In this document: piece by piece, positions 32,788-40,000 of the stretch | How positions within the stretch are numbered: the first letter of the stretch is position 1 | Layout of the letters: the number at the start of each line of letters is the position of its first letter | DNA from: Vibrio ulleungensis | GTDB lineage: Bacteria > Pseudomonadota > Gammaproteobacteria > Enterobacterales > Vibrionaceae | Reading direction: 5' to 3' | DNA length: 40,000 bases | Assembly: GCF_016900875.1 (NCBI RefSeq) | Contig: NZ_JAFEUM010000001.1 | Span: forward strand, 235,241 to 275,240 | Program-made: the position numbers and the translations under genes | Notes under the pieces: model-generated | Databases searched by the model: none | What the model was told of the DNA's origin: nothing | What the model saw: only the letters and a program-made list of their open reading frames with translations

Positions 32788-32983
32788 TCTCTAGCGATGA
32801 TGGGATCCATCATAACCGAGTTAGGTACGGTGTGGTTTGCAGATACTATGTGGTTGTAGACTTAAAGGTATTTATGATTAGGTCTTAATCTAACTTTAAA
32901 TCAATAACTTAAAAGTTTTGTCTTCTGCCAGTCATTCGCGATTCATGACTGATGTGGATGCAAATGACCCACTAGGAATCTCA

Positions 32984-33409
32984 ATGAAAAATACATCACT
33001 ACTATTAGCCCTACTTGCCATAACCACTAGCACCGCCATGGCGAACAATCTCAGCGATGAAAAAATTGAATTTGAACACGACATGGCAGGCCTTTCTAGC
33101 GAAGTGGCCGAAGAAGTGTTTGCGCAAGTAGAAGTTTCCCCAAGCTTTGAAGAAGTGGAATACCAAAGCTACATCGTTGAACACTACAATAAAATATACG
33201 TGACTCGTCATGAAGCAAAAGAGCTTGGCTTAGAAAGAGTGGCCAAATTTCATGTGTTTGACAAAACGACCTTAGATAAAGTCAGCGATGAAATTAAAGT
33301 GCGCATTGAGAAAGAGCAACCAGACTATTTTTCGGTTGATCTATTTCGCGAGTTTCACAGCGATACCCACACATTTCGTTACTTTGCCCGTGTGATTGAA
33401 TACAAATAA
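32984..33409 (+). CDS. secreted hypothetical protein (141 aa)
   Basis: Signal peptide MKNTSLLLALLAITTSTAMA. Start at the in-frame ATG at 32984. Confidence 0.6.
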   Translation: MKNTSLLLALLAITTSTAMANNLSDEKIEFEHDMAGLSSEVAEEVFAQVEVSPSFEEVEYQSYIVEHYNKIYVTRHEAKELGLERVAKFHVFDKTTLDKVSDEIKVRIEKEQPDYFSVDLFREFHSDTHTFRYFARVIEYK

Positions 33410-33437
33410 AGACTGCTTAAGCACCAAAGAGTTAAAT

Positions 33438-33462
33438 AACCTGCTGACTAGCAGGTTTTTTT
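33438..33462 (+). terminator. rho-independent terminator
   Basis: AACCTGCT (33438-33445), loop GACT, AGCAGGTT (33450-33457), then TTTTT. Confidence 0.8.
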
Positions 33463-33520
33463 CGTTGTGGCAAAAAACGTGTATTCTTTGAGCAAATGGA
33501 TACGCGTTAGACTTTCGAAT

Positions 33521-34090
33521 ATGGACATCATCATACTAAACGGAGCAAGTAGCTCAGGGAAAAGCTCGCTGGCTAAAGAACTACAAAACCAGTTATCTCA
33601 ACCTTACTTACACATCGGCATCGATACGTTTATAGCCATGATGCCGGACAAATGTAACGCCCTTGATGGCTCAAAGCGTATCAGTGATGGCTTTTACTGG
33701 GCATCGACAAGGCAAGATGAGCAACCAATGCTCACCATACAGCGCGGCGCTTATGGCCATAAAATCAATCAACTTTATCGCTCAACGGTGAAGCATTTTG
33801 CCGATACTGGTTTTAACGTCATTGTCGATGACGTCATGAATGGTCAGCAAGAGCAGGCTCAATGGCAACAAGCGCTTGAGGATCACCAAGTGACGTATGT
33901 TGGCGTGTTTTGTGATGAAGACGTTTTGAATGAGCGCGAAAAAAACCGCGAAGATCGTCAATGCGGAACCGCCATAGAACAAGCGCGGCGAGTCCATGTT
34001 GGCGTTGGTTATGATGTTACTGTCGATACATCTCAATCAAGCGCTAACGAGTGCGCCCACCGTATTGTATTGTCGATGCAACAGGTTTAA
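33521..34090 (+). CDS. chloramphenicol-phosphotransferase-like (CPT-family) P-loop kinase (189 aa)
   Basis: MDIIILNGASSSGKSSLAKELQ...YLHIGIDTFIAMMP parallels the CPT N-terminus (ILNGxSSxGKS...GVDxxIxxMP). Start at the ATG at 33521. Confidence 0.8.
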   Translation: MDIIILNGASSSGKSSLAKELQNQLSQPYLHIGIDTFIAMMPDKCNALDGSKRISDGFYWASTRQDEQPMLTIQRGAYGHKINQLYRSTVKHFADTGFNVIVDDVMNGQQEQAQWQQALEDHQVTYVGVFCDEDVLNEREKNREDRQCGTAIEQARRVHVGVGYDVTVDTSQSSANECAHRIVLSMQQV

Positions 34091-34129
34091 ATTTTAGTTG
34101 CAGTGCATTCGTTACTATAAGAGCCAAAA

Positions 34130-34597
34130 ATGATCACCCTATCCAAACTAACACAGTCCGATATTACGCCACTAAAGGCTGTCCAGCTTGCACCTGAGCA
34201 GGTAAAGTTTGCCGCAACGGCGGAGGAGTTTTTGGCCGATACGGTCGATACCACACACTTACACGTTATCAAGTGGCAGGGGGATGTGGTGGGCTTTTTT
34301 AAGCTCGATGTCGCTTACGCTGAATACTATGAATTCTGTCCATCGGATGGGGTGGGACTGCGAAGCTTCGCGCTGGATTCGCGCCAACAAGGAAAAGGGA
34401 TAGGGACAAAAAGCGTAGTGGCGCTGATTAGCTATTTACGCAGCCAATATTCACACTACCGGTATGTGTACTTGACCGTGAATTGTCAAAATCCGGCAGC
34501 GATTTCCTGTTACTTAAACGCCGGCTTTGAAGACACGTTAGAGCTATACCACGGCGGAGCAGCAGGGCCACAGCACATTATGCGTAAACAGTTGTAG
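34130..34597 (+). CDS. GNAT-family N-acetyltransferase (155 aa)
   Basis: LRSFALDSRQQGKGIGTKSVVALISYL...AISCYLNAGF. Confidence 0.8.
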   Translation: MITLSKLTQSDITPLKAVQLAPEQVKFAATAEEFLADTVDTTHLHVIKWQGDVVGFFKLDVAYAEYYEFCPSDGVGLRSFALDSRQQGKGIGTKSVVALISYLRSQYSHYRYVYLTVNCQNPAAISCYLNAGFEDTLELYHGGAAGPQHIMRKQL

Positions 34598-34832
34598 AGT
34601 ATTGATTGGAACGATCACTGATTAGTTGGCTAAGATTTACATTGTAAAGAAGGGCTTAATTACAGGGCAAGATCATGAACGTTTTGTGAGCTCAATTTGG
34701 TGTGTGACTGGAGCAAACCTACACGGCATGGACGCCGTGGTGGAGCCATCAGGGATGATCTCACGGCGCTTTGCGGCAGTCATACACCAAATTGTGCGGT
34801 TTTTGCATACTCATGCGCTCGCCCTGGGCTTA

Positions 34833-34856
34833 GATACGTGCTGTGATACGTGCTGT
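34833..34856. repeat. perfect 12-bp tandem duplication (GATACGTGCTGT x2)
   Basis: Read directly, inside a 337-bp gap with no convincing gene. Confidence 0.9.
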
Positions 34857-34934
34857 TTATCGTCAAGCTGATAAAATAGTCCACATAAGTACCCAAATCA
34901 ATTCAGCTACTTTTGATTCGCAAGGATGTGCAAC

Positions 34935-35540
34935 ATGAACCCAAAACAGATTGGCCAAGCTTACGATCAAATTACAGGTTTGTGGGAGAAGCCTGAATTT
35001 AATCTAAACAATGGCATAGATGCGCATGTCAAAGCGATTGAGCTTACCCAGTCACGTGGGTTGGCGTTGGATATTGGCTGTGGGTTAACTGGACGATTTA
35101 TACACCTGTTGAAGCAACAAGGTTTTACGCCAAGCGGTCTGGATGTGTCGAAGAAAATGCTGGATATTGCTCGACATCGGATGCCAGAAATCTCATTTAT
35201 TGAAGCGGATATCTGCACTTATTCCATGCAAGAAGAGTACGACTTTATTAGCGCATGGGACAGCATTTGGCATATTCCGTTAAGTGAGCAAAAAGCGGTA
35301 CTGACAAAGATTGTGGATAGCCTAAATCCTAATGGAGTGTTTATTTTGTCTTTTGGTGGAGTAGATGAAGCAGGCGATCACGTTGATGACTTTATGGGGC
35401 CACAAGTCTATTACTCCTCCTTGGGTACAAGCGGTTTTTTGTCGCTGTTTATTGAATTGAACTGCCAAATAAAGCATTTGGAATTTGATCAATACCCAGA
35501 GCTTCATGCTTATATGATTGTACAAAAGCAGGCAGTGTGA
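34935..35540 (+). CDS. class I SAM-dependent methyltransferase (201 aa)
   Basis: ALDIGCGLTGRF motif I, then DFISAWDSIWHIP and PNGVFILSFGG. Confidence 0.8.
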   Translation: MNPKQIGQAYDQITGLWEKPEFNLNNGIDAHVKAIELTQSRGLALDIGCGLTGRFIHLLKQQGFTPSGLDVSKKMLDIARHRMPEISFIEADICTYSMQEEYDFISAWDSIWHIPLSEQKAVLTKIVDSLNPNGVFILSFGGVDEAGDHVDDFMGPQVYYSSLGTSGFLSLFIELNCQIKHLEFDQYPELHAYMIVQKQAV

Positions 35541-35708
35541 ATCTCTACAGATCCTAATGCACCCCCAGCTATGGTTGGCTGTCACCAGGCCGTTGATTTA
35601 ACCAAGCCGTTTACTTCACCAACCTATTAAATATCCTAATACTTACTCATTGGGATGTTTCTAATTGTAAGATTATATTTCGATCTCGCGTACTAATGAG
35701 ATCAGACT

Positions 35709-36863
35709 ATGCTTAATAAAATCAAAACACATCGGCCCTTGCAAGCCTATGTGCTATTGCTCGGGATTGTGTTACCTCTTATTTCGAATGCCGGTGCATT
35801 AGACCAATTTATCGACCCTGCCGATGGAAAGCTCGATGCCAGCCAATACATTTTAGATAATGCCACAGGTTTTTTACCTGTACCGGTTGTTGTGACCGAT
35901 CCCGCGGTGGGTATTGGCGGTGGTGCGGCGCTGCTGTTTTTCCATGAGTCGGACGATCGTAAACAAAAACGTAAAGCGGGAGAAGAAGTGGCGGATATCC
36001 CAGCCAGCGTTTCGGGCTTAGTCGGCATTGCTACCAACAACGGCACCAAAATCTACGGTGGGTTTCATTCTGGAAACTGGAAGAATGACAATATTCGATA
36101 TCTTGGTGGCTTGTTTGGCGCAGAAATTAACATGAACTTCTATGCAGACAACAATCCCATTAAGTTCGAATCTAAAGCTATGCACCTCTTTCAAGACATT
36201 GATTTTCGTCTTGGAAACTCTAACTTTTTTGCTGGTGCGAGTTATACATTCACAGATTCAGACACGGCTTTCGATATTTCGTCGATAATCTCTGGATTAG
36301 GCCCGACTCCAGCGGTTGAAGTACGCGACGGCGCATTGGCGTTAAAGCTCACTTATGACAGTAGAAATAACCAGTTTTCGCCAACAACGGGCACCAAAGC
36401 GGGCGTTAAAGCATCTGCCCACTCGAAGGCTTTTGGCTCGCAAAGCGAGTATAAACTGTGGCACGCGTTCGCCCAACATCACCTTCGCCTTGCCAGTAAA
36501 TGGGGTCTCGGCTTACGTGCCGACGCAAAGTCATTAGATGGCGACAAATATAGCCCCTTTTATGCCGCGCCCTCTATAGATATGCGTGGTATCGCAATGA
36601 TGCGCTATCAGGGTGATAACACCGGCGTACTAGAGGCTGAATTGAGTTATGACATTGATGACCGCTGGACAGTGCTAGGGTTTGCAGGTGCGGGCACAGC
36701 GTTTAACCATGACCAACAGTTGTCCAATGCAAAAGTTTATAACATGCAAGGTGCAGGTTTCCGCTATCTTGTCGCTCGCCAATTAGGTTTGACCACGGGG
36801 ATAGATATTGCGGTAGGTCCAGAAGAAACGACCACGTACATTCAGTTTGGAGGGGCGTGGTAA
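35709..36863 (+). CDS. Omp85/BamA-family outer-membrane beta-barrel without POTRA domains (384 aa)
   Basis: Signal peptide. Alternating beta-strand pattern. DSRNNQFSPTTG and RGI...YQGD motifs as in the bacterial surface antigen (D15) domain. The C-terminus YIQFGGAW ends in an aromatic residue. Confidence 0.75.
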   Translation: MLNKIKTHRPLQAYVLLLGIVLPLISNAGALDQFIDPADGKLDASQYILDNATGFLPVPVVVTDPAVGIGGGAALLFFHESDDRKQKRKAGEEVADIPASVSGLVGIATNNGTKIYGGFHSGNWKNDNIRYLGGLFGAEINMNFYADNNPIKFESKAMHLFQDIDFRLGNSNFFAGASYTFTDSDTAFDISSIISGLGPTPAVEVRDGALALKLTYDSRNNQFSPTTGTKAGVKASAHSKAFGSQSEYKLWHAFAQHHLRLASKWGLGLRADAKSLDGDKYSPFYAAPSIDMRGIAMMRYQGDNTGVLEAELSYDIDDRWTVLGFAGAGTAFNHDQQLSNAKVYNMQGAGFRYLVARQLGLTTGIDIAVGPEETTTYIQFGGAW

Positions 36864-36905
36864 GAGGCTGTCCGTGTGTGATTATGGGCCAAAGGGCTAG
36901 TGCTA

Positions 36906-36925
36906 GTTATGGGGCTCGCCAACCG
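36906..36925 (+). repeat. copy of the attI/cassette-1 junction sequence
   Basis: GTTATGGGGCTCGCCAACCG (36906-36925) compared with GTTATGGCTCGCCTAACCG at 7386-7404. The two are identical apart from one extra G and one missing T. Confidence 0.6.
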
Positions 36926-37062
36926 CGCGAGTGATTATATTGTGCTAGCTTATAGTGATGTTGCATTGAAGAGCAGTATCAACGTGGTAACGCTACTAAT
37001 TCGTGCTTCGTGTATTGCCCTTATCATTAACATATTGTTTTTCCAACGTTAAAGGAGAAGCC

Positions 37063-37524
37063 ATGGCCATCAATTATGTTCAACTTAACGGAGATCACCT
37101 TGAGTGGATGAAGCAGCTTATGGATTGCTTTGGAACCGTTTTTGAAGAACCGGAGAATTACGGCCACAAACGACCCACGGACGCTTATTTAACAGAGCGA
37201 TTGAATGATCCGTCATTTATCGCACTGGTGGCGTTAGAGGGTGATCAAGTGGTGGCAGGGCTGGTGGCCTATGAGCTGAAAAAGTTCGAGCAGGCTCGCA
37301 GTGAAGTGTACATCTACGATCTGGGGGTATATGAACGCTTTCGAAGACAAGGGATCGCAACCGGACTGATTAACGCATTGAAGCCTATCGCAAAGAACAT
37401 GGGCGCTTGGGTGATTTTTGTGCAAGCTGATTATGTCGATGAACCTGCTATAAAGCTTTATGACTCTTTGGGTGAGAAAGAAGAAGTACTGCATTTTGAT
37501 ATCCCTGTTCAATGGAAGCCATAA
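37063..37524 (+). CDS. AAC(3)-I-like aminoglycoside N-acetyltransferase (GNAT, 153 aa)
   Basis: FIALVALEGDQVVAGLVAYELKKFEQARSEVYIYDLGVYERFRRQGIATGLINALK...GAWVIFVQADYVDEPAIKLYDSLGEKEEVLHFDI is collinear with AAC(3)-Ia (KFEQPRSEIYIYDLAV...RRQGIATALI...YVQADYGDDPAVALY...EEVMHFDI). AAAGGAG RBS. Confidence 0.85.
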   Translation: MAINYVQLNGDHLEWMKQLMDCFGTVFEEPENYGHKRPTDAYLTERLNDPSFIALVALEGDQVVAGLVAYELKKFEQARSEVYIYDLGVYERFRRQGIATGLINALKPIAKNMGAWVIFVQADYVDEPAIKLYDSLGEKEEVLHFDIPVQWKP

Positions 37525-37548
37525 CCAGAAATCCGGAGACTCTGATTC

Positions 37549-37866
37549 ATGAAATTTAACCATTTAGGGATCCCTACCACCGAGCGTTTTGAGGGTGAAA
37601 TCGATCTTCCACACCTAAAAATGACCGTATCGGATCATCAAAGTAACCCTTATGGGATCCAGTGGCAGCGATATTGGGATGATGCACCCTATCCCGAATT
37701 GGTTAAATCCGTGCCGCACGTTGCCTTTGAAGTTGAGGATCTCCACGCCGAATTGCAGGGCAAAAACGTGATTATTAAGCCAAACTCACCCAGTGAAGGG
37801 CTGATTGTGGCATTTATTGAAGTTGATGGTGCCCCTGTTGAGTTGATGCAGTATTTGAAATCCTAA
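37549..37866 (+). CDS. VOC-fold-like small protein (105 aa)
   Basis: MKFNHLGIPT...VPHVAFEVEDLHAEL...VAFIEVDGAPVELMQ. It starts only 24 nt after the aac(3)-like stop. Confidence 0.6.
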   Translation: MKFNHLGIPTTERFEGEIDLPHLKMTVSDHQSNPYGIQWQRYWDDAPYPELVKSVPHVAFEVEDLHAELQGKNVIIKPNSPSEGLIVAFIEVDGAPVELMQYLKS

Positions 37867-38017
37867 ATCATCGTTGCCGATAAACAGTATTTGGTTGCCC
37901 TAAATCAGTAAGCTTGGTTGTTTTTTGTACTACTCTGGCAGCCATAAGGTGGCGGTGCGATGAACAGGCGGACACTTTTCTGAGCCGTCTGTGCGCATGA
38001 TGATGAGGAGTATCACT

Positions 38018-38554
38018 ATGGCCAGGCCAAAGACTAAGCAAGAACTGATAGAACAATCGCAGGTTAACTTCGATAAGCTTTGGCAAGTTATCGATAGTAT
38101 GTCAACGCGAGCGCTAGAGACGGAGTTCGATTTTGACTCTGACCCCAAAAAGAAAGAAGCTCACTGGCAAAGAGACAAAAACCTTCGCGATATACTTATC
38201 CATCTCTATGAGTGGCATCAACTGTTACTTAACTGGGTCAATGGTAATTTGTGTGGAAAAAACACCCCTTTCTTACCCCCTCCATACAATTGGAAAACCT
38301 ATGGAGAGTTGAATATTCAATTTTGGGATAAGCATCAGTCGACTCAATTGCAACAAGCTAAAAAGATGCTTAGGCAAAGTCATGCAGAGGCCCTAGATCT
38401 TGTTACGACGTTTAGCAATGACGAGCTCTTCACCAAACAGTTTTATGACTGGACAGGCACTACAACCCTAGGCAGTTACTGTGTGTCTGCATTACCGAGC
38501 CATTATGATTGGGCAACGAAGAAATTGCGTGCGCACATTAAACAGGTATCCTAA
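38018..38554 (+). CDS. ClbS/DfsB-family four-helix-bundle protein (178 aa)
   Basis: MARPKTKQELIEQSQVNFDKLWQVIDSMS...ILIHLYEWHQLLLNW...PPYNWKTYGELN matches the ClbS/DUF1706 pattern. GAGGAG RBS before the ATG at 38018. Confidence 0.8.
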   Translation: MARPKTKQELIEQSQVNFDKLWQVIDSMSTRALETEFDFDSDPKKKEAHWQRDKNLRDILIHLYEWHQLLLNWVNGNLCGKNTPFLPPPYNWKTYGELNIQFWDKHQSTQLQQAKKMLRQSHAEALDLVTTFSNDELFTKQFYDWTGTTTLGSYCVSALPSHYDWATKKLRAHIKQVS

Positions 38555-38589
38555 CGTTGCAATGAATCTTTTTTGAAGAGCCTTTTACT

Positions 38590-39051
38590 TTGAACGTTAA
38601 GCCGTATACCACAGAGTATCAGTCCCAATGTTTGGCGATATTTGACAGTAATGTTGGGGTCTATTTTGACCCATCAGAGCGTAACGATTTTGTCGCTTAT
38701 CTAGAAGATGCAAATGCAGTGCAACACTACTTTGTGTTTGAGGAGCAAGGAACCGTTGTAGCCTGTGGTGGGTATTTCGCCAATCAAAACACAGGCTCTC
38801 TGGCTTGGGGAATGGTACATCGCCTCTACCATAGGCGAGGATTTGGCGCTGAGATAACTGATTTTCGCATGGCGCAGATCAAACGTATTTCCAGCATAGA
38901 CAGGATTAAGATTGAAACGTCACAACTTACGCAAGGCTTTTATGCCAAGCGAGGTTTTGAGGTAACAGACATTGTTGAAAATGGATATGGCCAAGGCATT
39001 GATTATGTGTCGATGACATTCCATTGTGGTGATTATCAAACCAGCGAATAA
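38590..39051 (+). CDS. GNAT-family N-acetyltransferase (153 aa)
   Basis: VHRLYHRRGFGAEITDFRMAQI...FYAKRGFEV. TTG start with no strong RBS. Confidence 0.7.
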   Translation: MNVKPYTTEYQSQCLAIFDSNVGVYFDPSERNDFVAYLEDANAVQHYFVFEEQGTVVACGGYFANQNTGSLAWGMVHRLYHRRGFGAEITDFRMAQIKRISSIDRIKIETSQLTQGFYAKRGFEVTDIVENGYGQGIDYVSMTFHCGDYQTSE

Positions 39052-39078
39052 CTGAACAGCCAAGCGTAAGGAGACGCG

Positions 39079-39654
39079 ATGAACATAGGGATATATATCT
39101 ACGATGATGCAGAGGTGCTCGACTTTTCAGGTCCATTTGAAGTATTTAGCACCGCCAAGCGTCTAGCCTCTAATCACTGGAATGTCTTTTTAGTTGCTGA
39201 GCACAATGAGCCCGTTGTTGCCAGAGGTGGTTATCAAGTGCTCCCTCACTATAGTATGTCGAACCATCCTGAGATTGATCTACTGGTTGTGGTTGGTGGC
39301 GTTCATACCGCCGAGCTTGAGAAGCCAGCAGTGATCGATTGGATTGCACGAGTCGACAAGCAGGCTACTCATGTCATTTCTGTTTGTACCGGAGCCTTTT
39401 TGTTGGCTAAGGCTGGGGTTATTGATGGTAAAGCTGTGACAACCCATTGGGAAGATATTGGCGATTTGCGAGATGGCTTTCCTCAATTAGAGGTCGTTGA
39501 GGGTAGGCGCTGGGTCGATACTGGAAAGTACGTGACCAGCGGCGGAATATCAGCGGGCATCGATATGAGTTTGCATATGGTCTCGCGTTTAACTAACTAT
39601 CTATTTGCTCAATCGGTGGCTCGTCAAATGGATTACCAATGGCAACAAAGGTAG
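39079..39654 (+). CDS. DJ-1/PfpI-family (class I glutamine amidotransferase-like) protein (191 aa)
   Basis: LLVVVGG...VISVCTGAFLLAKAGVIDGKAVTTHW nucleophile-elbow cysteine motif. Confidence 0.85.
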   Translation: MNIGIYIYDDAEVLDFSGPFEVFSTAKRLASNHWNVFLVAEHNEPVVARGGYQVLPHYSMSNHPEIDLLVVVGGVHTAELEKPAVIDWIARVDKQATHVISVCTGAFLLAKAGVIDGKAVTTHWEDIGDLRDGFPQLEVVEGRRWVDTGKYVTSGGISAGIDMSLHMVSRLTNYLFAQSVARQMDYQWQQR

Positions 39655-39661
39655 CGCCCAG

Positions 39662-40000
39662 ATGATTAAGTTCTCTACCGAGCGGCTTATGATCACAGAG
39701 CTCAGTCGCGCCGATCTGCAAAAGCCGTTTATGGACTCTCTGTGTGTGCGGATCCCAACTCTATTAACCGCAAAAGTTGTCGAAAATCTGCCACCCTATT
39801 TTCACAATATTGCGAGTCGGCAAGATGCGCGCCAGTGGTTAGAGATTTTGCTCGCAGAGAGTGTGCTGCTTATGGTTGAGTCGAGAGACAGTGAAGAGGT
39901 GGTTGGTTTTTTGTTTGCGTCTCCTTGTGATGACGGTGCGCATATCGGTTATTTACTTGCTGAGTCGCACTGGGGCAAGGGGTTGGCCAGCGAATTACTG
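39662..40000 (+). CDS. GNAT-family N-acetyltransferase, 5' partial (runs off window end)
   Basis: Manual translation from the ATG at 39662 gives MIKFSTERLMITELSRADL...VVGFLFASPCDDGAHIGYLLAESHWGKGLASELL (RimJ/RimL-like motif A). The frame is open to position 40000. Not in the ORF track. Confidence 0.7.
   Translation, partial: MIKFSTERLMITELSRADLQKPFMDSLCVRIPTLLTAKVVENLPPYFHNIASRQDARQWLEILLAESVLLMVESRDSEEVVGFLFASPCDDGAHIGYLLAESHWGKGLASELL

Noticed and set aside
34626-34871. The 81-aa ORF with a TTG start.
   Set aside because: It has no RBS, an unusual Cys/His-rich low-complexity end encoded by the 12-bp tandem duplication, and no recognisable family. It is left unannotated.
26836-38565. Adjacent AAC|GTT core-like palindromes (CTAAACGTTAATG at 26836, CCAACGTTAAAG at 37045, CCTAACGTTGC at 38551), considered as collapsed attC cores.
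   Set aside because: AACGTT is a 6-bp palindrome expected roughly ten times in 40 kb by chance. It is not used as independent evidence and is only mentioned as context.
1-40000. A search for CRISPR arrays, rRNA/tRNA genes, transposases, IS inverted repeats and prophage genes.
   Set aside because: None was recognised. The only regularly spaced repeats are the attC sites, and their spacers are protein-coding cassettes, not CRISPR spacers.

Overview
Vibrio-type chromosomal segment holding a sedentary chromosomal integron and its flanks. Positions 1-6.1 kb are core genes: the 5' part of an alanine/glycine:cation symporter (minus strand) behind a tandem glycine riboswitch, a small secreted protein, and zwf-pgl-gnd. 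An integron integrase sits at 6187-7146 (minus), followed by attI and 12 gene cassettes (7.39-14.9 kb). Eleven cassettes end in clear VCR-like attC sites of 73-126 bp; the 12th is followed only by a truncated attC-like left half. Cassette cargo comprises: an NTF2-like protein, small membrane proteins, a DUF1353-like secreted protein, a methyltransferase, orphan proteins, a NYN/PIN-like protein with a C-terminal HTH-like tail, a tRNA-binding protein, a PhzF-family isomerase, and two toxin-antitoxin cassettes (RelE/ParE-RelB/DinJ inverted, then YefM-YoeB). From 14.9 kb to the window end there are about 41 more small genes, mostly on the array strand. Their functions are cassette-typical: 7 GNATs, 3 VOC/glyoxalase, 2 SRPBCC, a methyltransferase, Qnr, an AAC(3)-I-like enzyme, a CPT-like kinase, an APH-like kinase and a ClbS-like protein. 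The spacers between them lack intact attC sites but repeatedly carry fragments of the attC consensus, which I read as an eroded (fossil) continuation of the array. I found no rRNA, tRNA, CRISPR array, transposase or IS. The best candidates for undescribed biology are the orphan cassettes, especially the NYN-like/HTH cassette at 10.8-11.4 kb, the reversed two-gene module at 25.3-26.2 kb, and the eroded cassette tract itself with its cluster of proto-resistance genes. All functional calls come from motif recognition by eye; no database search was run.
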